A stretch of DNA of 59,988 nucleotides, the filler included, from Globobulimina sp. (Eukaryota), in NCBI GenBank assembly GCA_003354225.1. It is 6 parts of 6 records of this genome, joined end to end, with 100 filler letters (N's around TTAATTAATTAA, not from the genome) between each part and the next. Parts side by side here need not be neighbours in the genome. Positions count along the whole stretch, not along the records: positions 20,360 to 30,251 come from PIVH01000032.1; positions 30,352 to 40,230 come from PIVH01000033.1; 4 more parts are not named here. One strand, given 5' to 3'. The first letter of the stretch is position 1, and every line of letters starts with the position of its first letter. Under the pieces are notes generated by a model that saw nothing but the letters and a program-made list of their open reading frames with translations, made no database searches and was not told the DNA's origin. The translations under genes and the position numbers were made by a program. Shown here one piece after another: positions 21,638 through 32,701 of the stretch.

Positions 21638-22709
21638 ATGGTATTAAAATATATAATTTCATTGATATTTCAAACGCTATTTTCACAAATAAAAAGAAAA
21701 CTTCAATATCTAATGGAACCAAACAAAGGGGATCCACGTAAAATCAATTTAGAAAACCTTAGAAAGGAACCATTGTCATTGGAAGAGATTGAAAAACTGA
21801 TTAATGGTCTCAACAATGATAAGATTGTGATACAAACAATTCCGTCAAAACCAATATTACAAGATTTAAAACCATTGAATTTTGATGACAAATTGCAGGC
21901 CATTCAAGTATAACATTCTATTCTATTCTGTTCAGGCAATGTGCATATTTAAATTAAATTAAATTAATTTCACTGAAAAGCAATTCATAAATGCATTCCA
22001 ATATAATTTCACAAATTTGCAATTGAGCACATATCAAAAGAAGAAAACATTTTCGTCCATGGTGGATTATGCCAAAATATTGATGAAAAAGGGATATCCA
22101 ATCCGGTGTTTGGATGGTTTCATACTCTCCGCATATTTGACCTGTGACATTGATAAGAACTGCATCCGATTTCCATTGCGATTCCTGTCCGAATGCAATA
22201 ATAAATTGTATTGGCACATTGTGCTGGGAATCAAACATCATCGGCGGAACACATTTGGTGCCATCGGAATTAGCCGAAAAAAGGAAAAGCTGTCCTTCAA
22301 ACAGTGCAAATATGAGTCGTTGTTGAGTCTGGTGAATGATTTCATTGAATGCTATAAATTCTATAATCACAAAGTACGTATGATCACAATTGGAGTGCCG
22401 TTGACCAACAATCAGATATCGGAAGATCCAATTTTTTGGGACATTTTGCAAATTTATAATGATCAAGAAATGGATATCGATAATAATATTTTGAAGCAAG
22501 TCTTTGAGAATTTAATCAATTCCAAGGATGTGGTATTTCGATGTTTGAGCGAAGAAAGTAAGCCATACTTATTTGATCCAAATATTATGTTTGACACTCA
22601 AACTCGAAAATATTTTTTAAAGCAACAATACAAAACGAAACGAAACGAACAACGTAAAGCAAACAGCGCAGCCCATCAACTTGCAATTGAAGATATTAAT
22701 CGTGTCTAG
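21638..22709 (+). CDS. VASH: Vasohibin-family tubulinyl-Tyr carboxypeptidase, 2 exons
   Basis: LQAIQ|QFINAFQYN, PIRCLD, RFPLRF, HIVL and GAIGISR match the vasohibin Cys-His-Ser motifs. Intron 21908-21980. The start may be 21713. Confidence 0.88.
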
Positions 22710-23104
22710 TTTCTGTAGGTAGGAAGGGCATATATTTAATTATATTAAGTGCTTAGTATAGTATAGATTGTGAAACATGGTTCATTGTTCTGCCAAAAAC
22801 TGTGTTTTCGGAAACACGTTACTGTACTCATCTAGAAACGAAAAAGTTGAACATGAATAATATACTAATATTCAAGAGCATGCGGTCATTTCTCCATAAG
22901 TGTTCTATTTTTTCTATCCTCGCACATAAAGGGGATCTTCCAACAAATTGTACACTGAGTGCGAGGATACAAAAAATAGACCACTTATCGAGAAATGACC
23001 GCATGCTCTTATACTTTTACAGCTATAAAAGTCGAAAACCGATCACCAAAAACATGTGACCAGAAACAAACAAACGAAAATGGAAAATATAATACAGTAA
23101 ATTG

Positions 23105-23940
23105 TTAATTTTTATATTTTTTATTTCTTCTCAATAAACGAGATAATACCTCCTCATATTTTCCTCCATCATATTCATAATATTCATCATCATCACCATC
23201 ATAATTATCATAATATCCATCCAAATACTCATCATAATATCCAATATGAGCTCTAGCTGTTCCTTTTTTATCTTTTTTTTTCTTCCCATATCCAAAAAAA
23301 GATTGGACGTGACCCAAAACAGATTTCTTTGCTGTGATTGGCGGTGTGATTGGCGGTGGAATGGATGCTTTAAATGGTTTGAGATCGGTGGGAGTATATC
23401 GAACAACTCTTTCTGAGCCTAAATTCTTCGCATTACCAATTACAGTTTCTCTGATTGGAAGCAATGCAACTTTTGCCAATCCGTGATCCTTTGTAGTAAT
23501 ATCATCGCCAACAGGAACCACCATAATCTGCCATCCCTTTGTACCAGCCGCAGACTTAAAATTAACTAATAATACTGCCAGGTTTGGATCCTTTAATTTG
23601 TCGCCGGAACTTGCACTGCACCAAACATAGGAATTGGATCTTTTTCTGCCTTGGTTTTTCGATCATATGTTTTAAATTTATCATAATTGGCCTTTGTGAA
23701 TTCAGCATCCAAGAAAACACCGTAACCATCAGTTTTAATGCCGAGAGAATATGCTATTGCTGTTAATACATTTTCTAACCAATATAACTCAACATTCGTT
23801 AAAGGCATTGGCCATTTCCAATCCGGGTTACTGAACATTTTCTTGACATCGACATATGTTTTAGGTCGTGTTCCAGCTTTAACTGATACGAATATTGCTG
23901 CTACACATAAAATCACTGCGTATAAACTGTTCTTCATCAT
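23105..23940 (-). CDS. Putative secreted protein with a Tyr/Asp-rich C-terminal tail; split by a frameshift
   Basis: Signal-peptide-like MMKNSLYAVILCVAAIFVSVKA. The frame changes between ~23665 and 23593. Tail GYYDEYLDGYYDNYDGDDDEYYEYD. Confidence 0.5.
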
Positions 23941-24142
23941 TTGGTTGAAGTTGGAAAACTTCGCTTTTTTTTAACAAAATAAGAAGTTCAACGAACATGG
24001 CAACTCACAGCGGTTCAACAAATGAGTGTGATGGGGTTTATTCGATAACAATCGCAATATCAAAAATTAGGATTTTGGTGGGATTGCCGGGTATAACATT
24101 ATCTCGGTTCGCGTTTGTTGGAAAAGTTAAAGGTTTCGACTG

Positions 24143-24219
24143 TTATAATAGATCTAAAGGTTTCGACTAACGTGTTTTTTTTTTAATGGCACATAGTCAC
24201 TTATTTAGATCTATTATAA
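24143..24219. repeat. 77-bp element bounded by 16-bp perfect inverted repeats
   Basis: TTATAATAGATCTAAA (24143-24158) and TTTAGATCTATTATAA (24204-24219). Overlapping direct repeat TAAAGGTTTCGACT at 24128 and 24155. Confidence 0.7.
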
Positions 24220-24465
24220 ACTAGTTTCCAAGCACGTTAATATTTTTGTTATTTGATAAAAATGTGAAATAGACGCAATATTATATAAATATTAAAATGT
24301 AAGTCACGATGTTATATATAACACACAATGCACAAAAATGTTTTTTCAGAGATTCTATATTTTCAAAATGACAATTAATTGCAATGTATTGTGTATGCAC
24401 TGTGTATGACTTGCCATTTTTTTTAGAACATCATTCAACAGATTTGCACATTTTGCACTAACAAA

Positions 24466-25672
24466 TCATAAAATAGATTTTATTGACTCTATATCTTTTG
24501 AACTATCTATACTCATAATATTAATATTTTTGGTTTGATCATATCCGTGATATTTGCAAATAGTTTGCACTAATCTTTGCAACACCTTTTTAGGTCCAAT
24601 TTCAATAAAATTATATTCAATATCGTCAGAACCATTTGTCTCATTTGCTGACATATAATTCCTTATACATTGGTGCCAATGAACTTGATCGTACAGCTGC
24701 TTCGACATAATACTCCCAATGCAATCATCATTATATTTATCCCCCGTGACATTGAGATATAAATCACATTTGAACACACCACCATCATTTAATTGAACAG
24801 ACGCAAACGCATCATATAGGTTTTTAGAACGTGGTTTCATAAAACGAGAGTGATACTATTTAGATTTAAATGAGTATATTCAAGTATATATAGTCGAAAA
24901 TGCTGAATACAGTACATACCGCACCCCCAGTTTGAAGGTATTTGCCTCGCAAACTATGCTTGTTATCACAATGATCGTTAAACGCCTGAATAGCAGCATC
25001 GACCTCGGTTTTTATGCCACTTATTATAATTTGGTTGGCGGAGTTTATGTTTGCAATATCAACGTTGTGTTTAGACACTGCATTTTCTAATAATTGAATA
25101 TCGATGTCCTTATCACTTATCATGGCATACATGGCTTGATCATTGCCACTGCATTCTTGCATACATCGTGTATAAAAATGTGTTATTTTTAGGGCATCTT
25201 TAAAATTTTGAAATACATTCACTACATTCAACGCAGAATATTCTCCGGTCGAATGGCCAATCACTGCCGAATTTTTATCGCATAAAATGTTGTCAATTCC
25301 GTATTCGCGCTCTAAAATTTTCCAAATACACATTGAATGGATAAAGATTGATGTTCCTGAGAATATTGGTTGCTGTAATTCTTTTGGTTCTGCATTGAAC
25401 ATAATATCTGAGATTGAAAAGCCTAATAAATCATCACATTCCTGCACAAACGTTTTGATGTAATTAAAATCGTTATACAAGTCCTTACACATCCCGGTAT
25501 ACTGACTGCCCATTCCTGGGAAAATAAAACATCGTTTTCTGTTTTTGGATGCTTGTAGTGGTGCGTATGTAGGTGTTGCGGACAACAATCGGCGGCCACG
25601 AGTGCCAATCCATGGCTTGGAAATGAGGCACCTGTAACTGTAAGGTTTCATGAGTCGTGATAACGTTGCCAT
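24466..25672 (-). CDS. MCAT: Malonyl-CoA:ACP transacylase (FabD/MCAT)-like acyltransferase, probably mitochondrial, 2 exons
   Basis: FPGMGSQ, GHSTGEY, ANINSANQIIISG, GGA|YHS (intron 24856-24919) and EIGPKKVL; Arg-rich presequence-like N-terminus. Confidence 0.8.
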
Positions 25673-25822
25673 GATTTTGTGATAAAATACTGTTTTTAGC
25701 GAGAGAAAGAGAGCTTTTACTAACGCAGTTTATTTTTTGTGACATAAAAACTGCGTTGAAACAGAAACGCAAGTTATCTTTTCCGGTTATTGCTTCACAC
25801 AATGATCCAAATCATCCACGGG

Positions 25823-25867
25823 ATTTGAATTATGATTATTTGAATTATAATTATTTGAATTATGATT
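25823..25867. repeat. Short tandem repeat, 3 x 15 bp
   Basis: ATTTGAATTATRATT repeated three times. Confidence 0.8.
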
Positions 25868-26560
25868 ATGAATCTCCGCTCAAAAAAACACAGCAAAAAT
25901 CATAATCGTTTATTATTGGACTGTTTAAAATGGACAGAACATATCGGTGTAACATGTGATATTTGTTGCGCTGATAAGACATTAAAAGGTAAATAAAATT
26001 CAAAAAACATTGCATTGGAAATGGAACCCATTATAAACGAATTACTGATCTAAATATAAAAAAAATCATCCTTTCAGTATGATCAAAGGTACTTAAAACC
26101 AATCAAATAATATTAGTTCCATTACAAATACATCTATTCCTTCTCTTATATTATCTCAATTTGAAATTTGATAAAATTTTGAATCATTAAAATGTGCGAT
26201 AAATAATCCGTCCATTGATTTGCTGTGTTCATCATACTTTTGAGTGTTGGCACAGCTTTATATCATAAATTCAACTTTAATATGTTTTGTAACATAGTTT
26301 TGCTCGTTCCAACGTAAGTTGTATTGCAGAAATGATATCTGCGACACGATTATTTTCTATTTGGGAAAAACTTACGTTAATTCAAACCAACGTTGTCATC
26401 GCAGGAAATACTGTGTTAGTAAAAGCTTTATAGAGAAATGTTGCAGTCTATAATTATTATATCCCATATCCCATATATATATATCGCTCGTTTTCAGAAA
26501 CTGCTTTCGATTTGTACGTTAAAACAGATTTTGATATTTTGAAAAATCTTACCCTTAAAC

Positions 26561-29500
26561 ATGGCGTCTGAGCCAGACGATTATGAAGAAACACCTTCAA
26601 TTGGCACAGAAAGCGATGTAAATGTCACAGACATGAACCAACCACAATCAACAGACACAAACGAAGACGACACAAACTTGCAAATTATGCAACCAAAACA
26701 GATAATAAAACACACCACGTCTCGCGACCAATTAATATCAGCTTCTAATTTATATAATGAATCGCCACGACAACACAATGCAACAACTGCTGCCTCAGAG
26801 TCTCAATCGCCAGTCGACCAAACCAATAATGACCTCATCGATCTCACTGTCCATGTTCCATTACCCAACCAACCCAAAAATCTAAAAACAAAAACTTCCT
26901 CCTCCTCGTCCAAACGCACAAAAACGAAGAAAACAAGCCACAAACACCAACAAAACGACGCGTATGCACTCAATATAGGCGATATAGGCACCGACACAGA
27001 AAGCGATGACGAATTAGGCGGGCCATTAAATGCAGACTTGCCTTTAACGAACGTGCCCACCAAATACGATGACAATGAGTTTAAGCACTTACCGTACGAA
27101 GAAGAGCTGATTGAACGTTTAAGCATAGCATTGACGTATTTATTGCACGACGAGTCTCCATTATGGACCAACGACGACCGCGACGCTGACGAATACGCCG
27201 AAGATTTAATGAATATGTTAGTCGCTCCCAAGCACAACAAAAACAAAAATAAAAACGACAAACCTGTGCACGAACGCAGTGAGATCAAAGAAAAGAAATC
27301 CTTCCAACAAAAGTGCACCGAATACACTGTGGGTGGTGGCCTGGTCTCGCAATTACGTGACACGAAGAAGAAATTAGATGCGTTATACCGACCGACATAC
27401 CATGCTCGCTGGAAATCGTTGCACCATTTTTGGACCGAATGGACTGAGCACGCCGACATATTATCGCAGAAATACAGTGATAAGAAAACCGGCATCAATG
27501 ATGATATTGGCGTGAATGAAGAGGATGAGAACGACTACGAGTTTGAGGACCTTACCGTCGATGAAGAGTTGCATTTAGAGGTAAATATATGTTCCATTTT
27601 CAAATTCTATGTATACAAACACACATTGTATAGGACGATACGGATGATTTCTTGCTCAAATTCAATGCGACCATGGACGAGCTAATGGTGCAATCCTCGG
27701 GATCCGCCGTCCGCAACTCCTTAGTTGGCGGCGCTAAAACCGACAATGCCTTTGATAAATTTGTGAAAAAAACCACGGATCGAACGTTACGCGACTTTAA
27801 AATGGAAGATCCGACGAAAAAATACAAATCGCGTGCGGGCAAAGCACACATCAGTGCTTCTTTGGAGCAGTCCAAAGGTTCGACAAACAAATTAAGCACT
27901 ACTCCCCTTCCATTTGGACACAAAGCCAAGAAATCACGCAGTTATACGCCAACACCCGACCATGATATCGATGAGAAACAAAATAGGACTTCCAACTCGA
28001 AACAGGTACAACTCGTACAGTTGCATAATAACTCGAGCACCAACAACAAGACCAAAGAGGAGGAATTACGTGTTATTAAACACAGAAATCAGATGAAAAA
28101 ATGGATTCAAACCTACAAACACAAGAATATTAAATGGGGCCACCACCATAGCCTCGACACGCCGCATGGCCATGGTACGCATGTTGACGTTTTCGACCAG
28201 AAACGCGGACAGAGATCGTGCGCCGCAGTGTGCCAGCAATGGGTCTCTAACATCGGCGCCATATTCAAGAAAGAGGAGTTCGTCAAGGAAATCCCTCTAA
28301 ACCTGCCCATGTATGCGTGGACGTGGCAGAATTTGGTGTCCTACATCGAATCCGAGGAACAATACAAGAAATTCAGCTCTTATTTCTGGGAATATCGCAT
28401 CAACGGACCCGAAATATGCAACATGAAGTCCAAACAGATCGAGTTGTTGCTCGAGTGCAGCTTCCTGAACAACAGCAAAGTATTCGAGCAGAAGTTCGAC
28501 GAAAACAAGCTACGATCGCAAAGCAGTGCCTTTTACGGCGACGCGGACGAAGAGAAGTGGGAAAGTGCCGTGTTAGCCGACGAGTTGTATGAATATATCG
28601 TGAAAGGCCGGGTGCAGTCTCAGATTGTCAGCCGGTATTACACGGCGTGGGACATTGTGACGCATGTCGCCATGAACCGGAAACATAGCAAGCACCGCAT
28701 GGCAAAGTATATCGTGGACATCGTGTCCTTGCTACGTGCGGAACCATCGCAGGGCCCGAAGAAATTTTGGAAAATGAATGCGGTGTTTTTCAATAAGATC
28801 GATAACTATTTAATGGCGCTGATTGGGCGGGGCTCCGTACGCAGGATTTTCCAGAAGTATTGTCCCGATTTTTTGTACGAAGCGCCCATCGATATCCCGA
28901 CGGAGCCCAACTTCGACAAAAAAGCCAGTGTGACAGATCCGAACACGACGCGTAAAAAGAGCGCCAGTGTGGCGCGGCAGGGCAGCCATGAGGTGAAGCA
29001 GTCGCATATGTACTTGGGGTCGCCAGTGGTGTTAAATGCGGCCATGTCGCCGGGTATGAAGCGAGTGAGTAAGTATGGTGTGGGTGGGATGGGCCTGCCG
29101 CCCACTTCCATATTGAATATGAATAAGAACCAATTCACGTCCATGTTGAACACGATTACGCCGACACATTCGCACTTAAATCCTGCTCCGGTGGCCACGG
29201 AGTCGTCGAGCATGTTATCGATACCTGGCAGTACGCCGTTGCAGAACTCTCCAAATATGAGCTTTGACAGTCCGAGTAAGGCGATGCGACAGTTGATGGA
29301 CGACCGGGCGACGAAGACGTCCCTTTCACCGCGTTCGCGCACTGCGGTGTCGACTGTGAGTCTGCACAGCCACGATGGTGGCGGCAAGGACGATATGTTG
29401 GATAAATGCGTGGATTGCTGTTGCTGTTGCAAGCGCTGTTTGTTTAGGACGTGGGTGCATAATTTAGACAGGATTTATATTGCAATGATATTGGTGGTGG

Positions 29501-30251
29501 CGCTGTCGTTGATTAGTGGCTGTGCGTTTGCGACGTTATGGTACTTTTATGGCTCGACGGCGCAGACCCAGCAGGCGATGGAGTTGGCGGTGCAATCTGT
29601 GGGCGAGCGGGCGAGGCATACATTGAGTTTTGAGTTTTGGATCCCGCAGATGTTCACAGGTTATTTGATCAATGGCTTACAGACTGGAGCGTACGCTATC
29701 GATGCTGCGCAGGATGTGACTGGCGGCTTTGATGCATTTTTTGCTTCGTTTGTAGATATAAATCATACGTCGTCCATGTACGGCATTTCTATGTATAATG
29801 TGGCGGATGATAGTATGCTCGGTGCGTATTATACGCACAATGACAATCGGACCCACATCCAAACGGTGGTGGAGCAGTGTGAGCGGAATTATAATTTCAG
29901 TGCGGCATTGGGAAGAAGAGCGGGTACATACAGTAATAGTACAGCATGCGATCGTGTTTATAATCCAAAGGAGGAGCTGTGGTTTGTGCAAGCGCAGAGT
30001 TTGGAATTTGGGCAATCTGCGTGGAGTGAGCCGAAGAGCTCATTCGAGGGCGACGTGCATATGACATTGATCACGCGGTATAATTATAGCGGAGCTGAGG
30101 TGATTTTATTGGCGGAGATGAACTCGCTGACATTGGATGATATTGTACGTGTGGACAATTTGCCGGTTGGTACTGTGTTGTTTGTAGTGACGCCGACAAA
30201 GAAAGTTATCTCTGCCACGAATGGGGAGTTTATGGTGACGAATATTGCAAA
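26561..30251 (+). CDS. Large membrane receptor-like protein (SAM-like domain, TM helix, Cache-like extracellular domain); truncated by the contig end
   Basis: Intron 27581-27633 joins the two ORFs in frame. WTWQNLVSYI...YFWEYRINGPEI resembles SAM; TM helix IYIAMILVVALSLISGCAFATLWY; YNPKEELWFVQA...AWSEP resembles the dCache YDPR.RPWY...WS.P motif. Confidence 0.6.
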
Positions 30252-30351
30252 NNNNNNNNNNNNNNNNNNNNNNNNNNNNNNNNNNNNNNNNNNNNTTAAT
30301 TAATTAANNNNNNNNNNNNNNNNNNNNNNNNNNNNNNNNNNNNNNNNNNNN
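30252..30351. other. Artificial contig linker
   Basis: N44-TTAATTAATTAA-N44. Confidence 0.99.
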
Positions 30352-30386
30352 TTGCTGAAGATTTCCCGTTTGAAGATGATGACCAA

Positions 30387-32696
30387 ATGGATGATTTCTC
30401 GCAAATCCCATTCCCAAAATCGCCAGAACTAAATCGTATCATTAATACTTGTAATATTCGCCCAAATCCATTAAAAAGAAATTATATTGAATCCACGCTT
30501 TTAGATACCGGCAATCCGCAGTTCAAAACCACCAAATTATTTTCCATCCAGAATCCCGGCGCTAACATCCAGACATTATCGTATATCAAAGGCATAGAAA
30601 ATGTCCCTGCCTCAGCCGATACCATTAAAATTAAATGTACCTCGGAGACTGTCCCAGACACTGTAACCTCGTTCAGTGAGTATGATGATTTGAAAATCGA
30701 CTTCAATCAACGCCATATTAGATTTAATCGCCGCAGAACCATTACCAAAACCAAAGCGTATGTCGAAGAGACCCGCACTGATAAAATGATCCGCAAATAT
30801 AATGACGGACAAATCAACCGTAACCGCAAATGGATTGCCAATGCAGCCAAATACCATAATGAGATCGGTGTAAACTTCCATGTTCGCATTGTATTCGGCA
30901 AAGTATTCATTAACGATCGCATATCGGACCGAATATGGATCCACAAAGAGGAGGACTTTATTGCTGCCCTGAATGATGCCGATATCATTAAAACGAGAGC
31001 TGAATTATTACCCACTGTGTCCCCATTAACTGTGTTATTTGCCTCCTCATCATACTCCTATTATTATGCTGATAAATCATTTTATAACTCATTAGAGCGC
31101 ATCGATGGCGACACCCAAGGAATCCTGACGTATATCAGTGCATTACACGGCAGAATTAAAAAAACCGGATCCGGTTTCAGCTACGTTGCGACTGACCAAC
31201 AGTTGCATGGATATATTAACAGCATCATCAACGAGCCGCTGCCATTAATATACAAAGTAAAATTCAATAACTATCCATTACTAATGACTGTAGCCGACAA
31301 CGTTGCAGAATATCATGATGGTGACTATTATGGGCATGCACGTGGCTGCAATTCGATGGCGTTTCCTGTCAAAAAAACGGGTGTTTATTTTGGGTGCCGC
31401 AAGAAATTAAAACGAATATTCAACTTAACTGTATTAGACAATATGGACACACTCAACAGATACCAGGCACATACCATTGATTTAGGATACATTTGGGATG
31501 TCTTAGGGTATCACATCACTAATCCGCGGTGCCTGAAATTGACTTTGATGAAATGTAATGCCGTAACTGCCAAAGCATGGTATTGCTCCACAAAGCACTC
31601 GCTTTTACGTGGAAACATCTTGGATTTATACCATTTATCGCCGTATTTGAACCGCAAAGAAGTAGATTATGTGTTAAGTAATGTTGCGCCAATCGAGCCT
31701 GACATCCATGTGATAAATTACGCGCATCCATATCAAATGCATTCGTACGCAAATACCTTCAAATTTCAATTTAAAAACACACCGCGCTATCTTTTAACTG
31801 GTGTTCCTGCCGCGGACTTGCATGATAATAATTATTTTTATGCGAACAAAGCGTTGGCGTCAAACTCGTTTATTGTTGGTGGCACAGAGGTACATATTAC
31901 GGAGACATACCGTAATGACATTATTGCTATGTCGACGATGCATTTACAATTAGCAAATAAATGTGTTTATGACCCATCATATTTTTGCCTGACACCAAAT
32001 CACTGTAAATCATTCGATGCGAAATTAGAAGAATTAAAAATGAAAATTGAATCTGATATGGCCAGAGATGGCAAGACAGCGAATGTCATCACTACGACCC
32101 TTAATAAATTGCATAAAGCCACAATCCAATCGAAATGCGGCCATTTAACCTCAAAATGCAAAGGCTGCCCCACGATACGACCCCAATTAGAGGATGGATT
32201 TAAAGGCATTCCTGGCTTAGGAAACGCACCGAGTGAACACACATTGATCACTTATTATCACTCCTTTGCTATATCGCGCATTAAGGACCTTACAATCGAT
32301 GGTGTGCCGGTCGTGTGGAGTGAAATGAATACGATGGATCAGTTAGGTTTGACTTTCCATGAAGAAATCGCTGCGAAATTCCAGAATAATGATATTGGCA
32401 ATCTGTTATTTCATAAAATATTGACAATCTCCGCCCAAAATGACCTGATTTTGAATGAAAACGCGTTGGAAACCCTGCTCATTAAACAGAATGAAGGCGT
32501 CACTCTACGTATTCGCACGAAAGTAATCAAGAAATATGCCATCCAACACGACGATGACTCGGATGACGACGACGATGATCACACAAATAATGACAATAAA
32601 AACCATAATGACGATGACGATGTGGATGTGGACAATGCGATAATGAGCGGAGATAATGTCAATGATGAACAATATGACTCCGTCGATGAACCATAA
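30387..32696 (+). CDS. Retrotransposon 2 ORF1 (probably 5'-incomplete), no recognised domain
   Basis: 769-aa ORF ending 5 nt before ORF2; Cys/His clusters (FCLTPNHC, KCGHLTSKCKGC) and an acidic tail. Confidence 0.65.
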   Translation: MDDFSQIPFPKSPELNRIINTCNIRPNPLKRNYIESTLLDTGNPQFKTTKLFSIQNPGANIQTLSYIKGIENVPASADTIKIKCTSETVPDTVTSFSEYDDLKIDFNQRHIRFNRRRTITKTKAYVEETRTDKMIRKYNDGQINRNRKWIANAAKYHNEIGVNFHVRIVFGKVFINDRISDRIWIHKEEDFIAALNDADIIKTRAELLPTVSPLTVLFASSSYSYYYADKSFYNSLERIDGDTQGILTYISALHGRIKKTGSGFSYVATDQQLHGYINSIINEPLPLIYKVKFNNYPLLMTVADNVAEYHDGDYYGHARGCNSMAFPVKKTGVYFGCRKKLKRIFNLTVLDNMDTLNRYQAHTIDLGYIWDVLGYHITNPRCLKLTLMKCNAVTAKAWYCSTKHSLLRGNILDLYHLSPYLNRKEVDYVLSNVAPIEPDIHVINYAHPYQMHSYANTFKFQFKNTPRYLLTGVPAADLHDNNYFYANKALASNSFIVGGTEVHITETYRNDIIAMSTMHLQLANKCVYDPSYFCLTPNHCKSFDAKLEELKMKIESDMARDGKTANVITTTLNKLHKATIQSKCGHLTSKCKGCPTIRPQLEDGFKGIPGLGNAPSEHTLITYYHSFAISRIKDLTIDGVPVVWSEMNTMDQLGLTFHEEIAAKFQNNDIGNLLFHKILTISAQNDLILNENALETLLIKQNEGVTLRIRTKVIKKYAIQHDDDSDDDDDDHTNNDNKNHNDDDDVDVDNAIMSGDNVNDEQYDSVDEP

Positions 32697-32701
32697 TCTC
32701 T

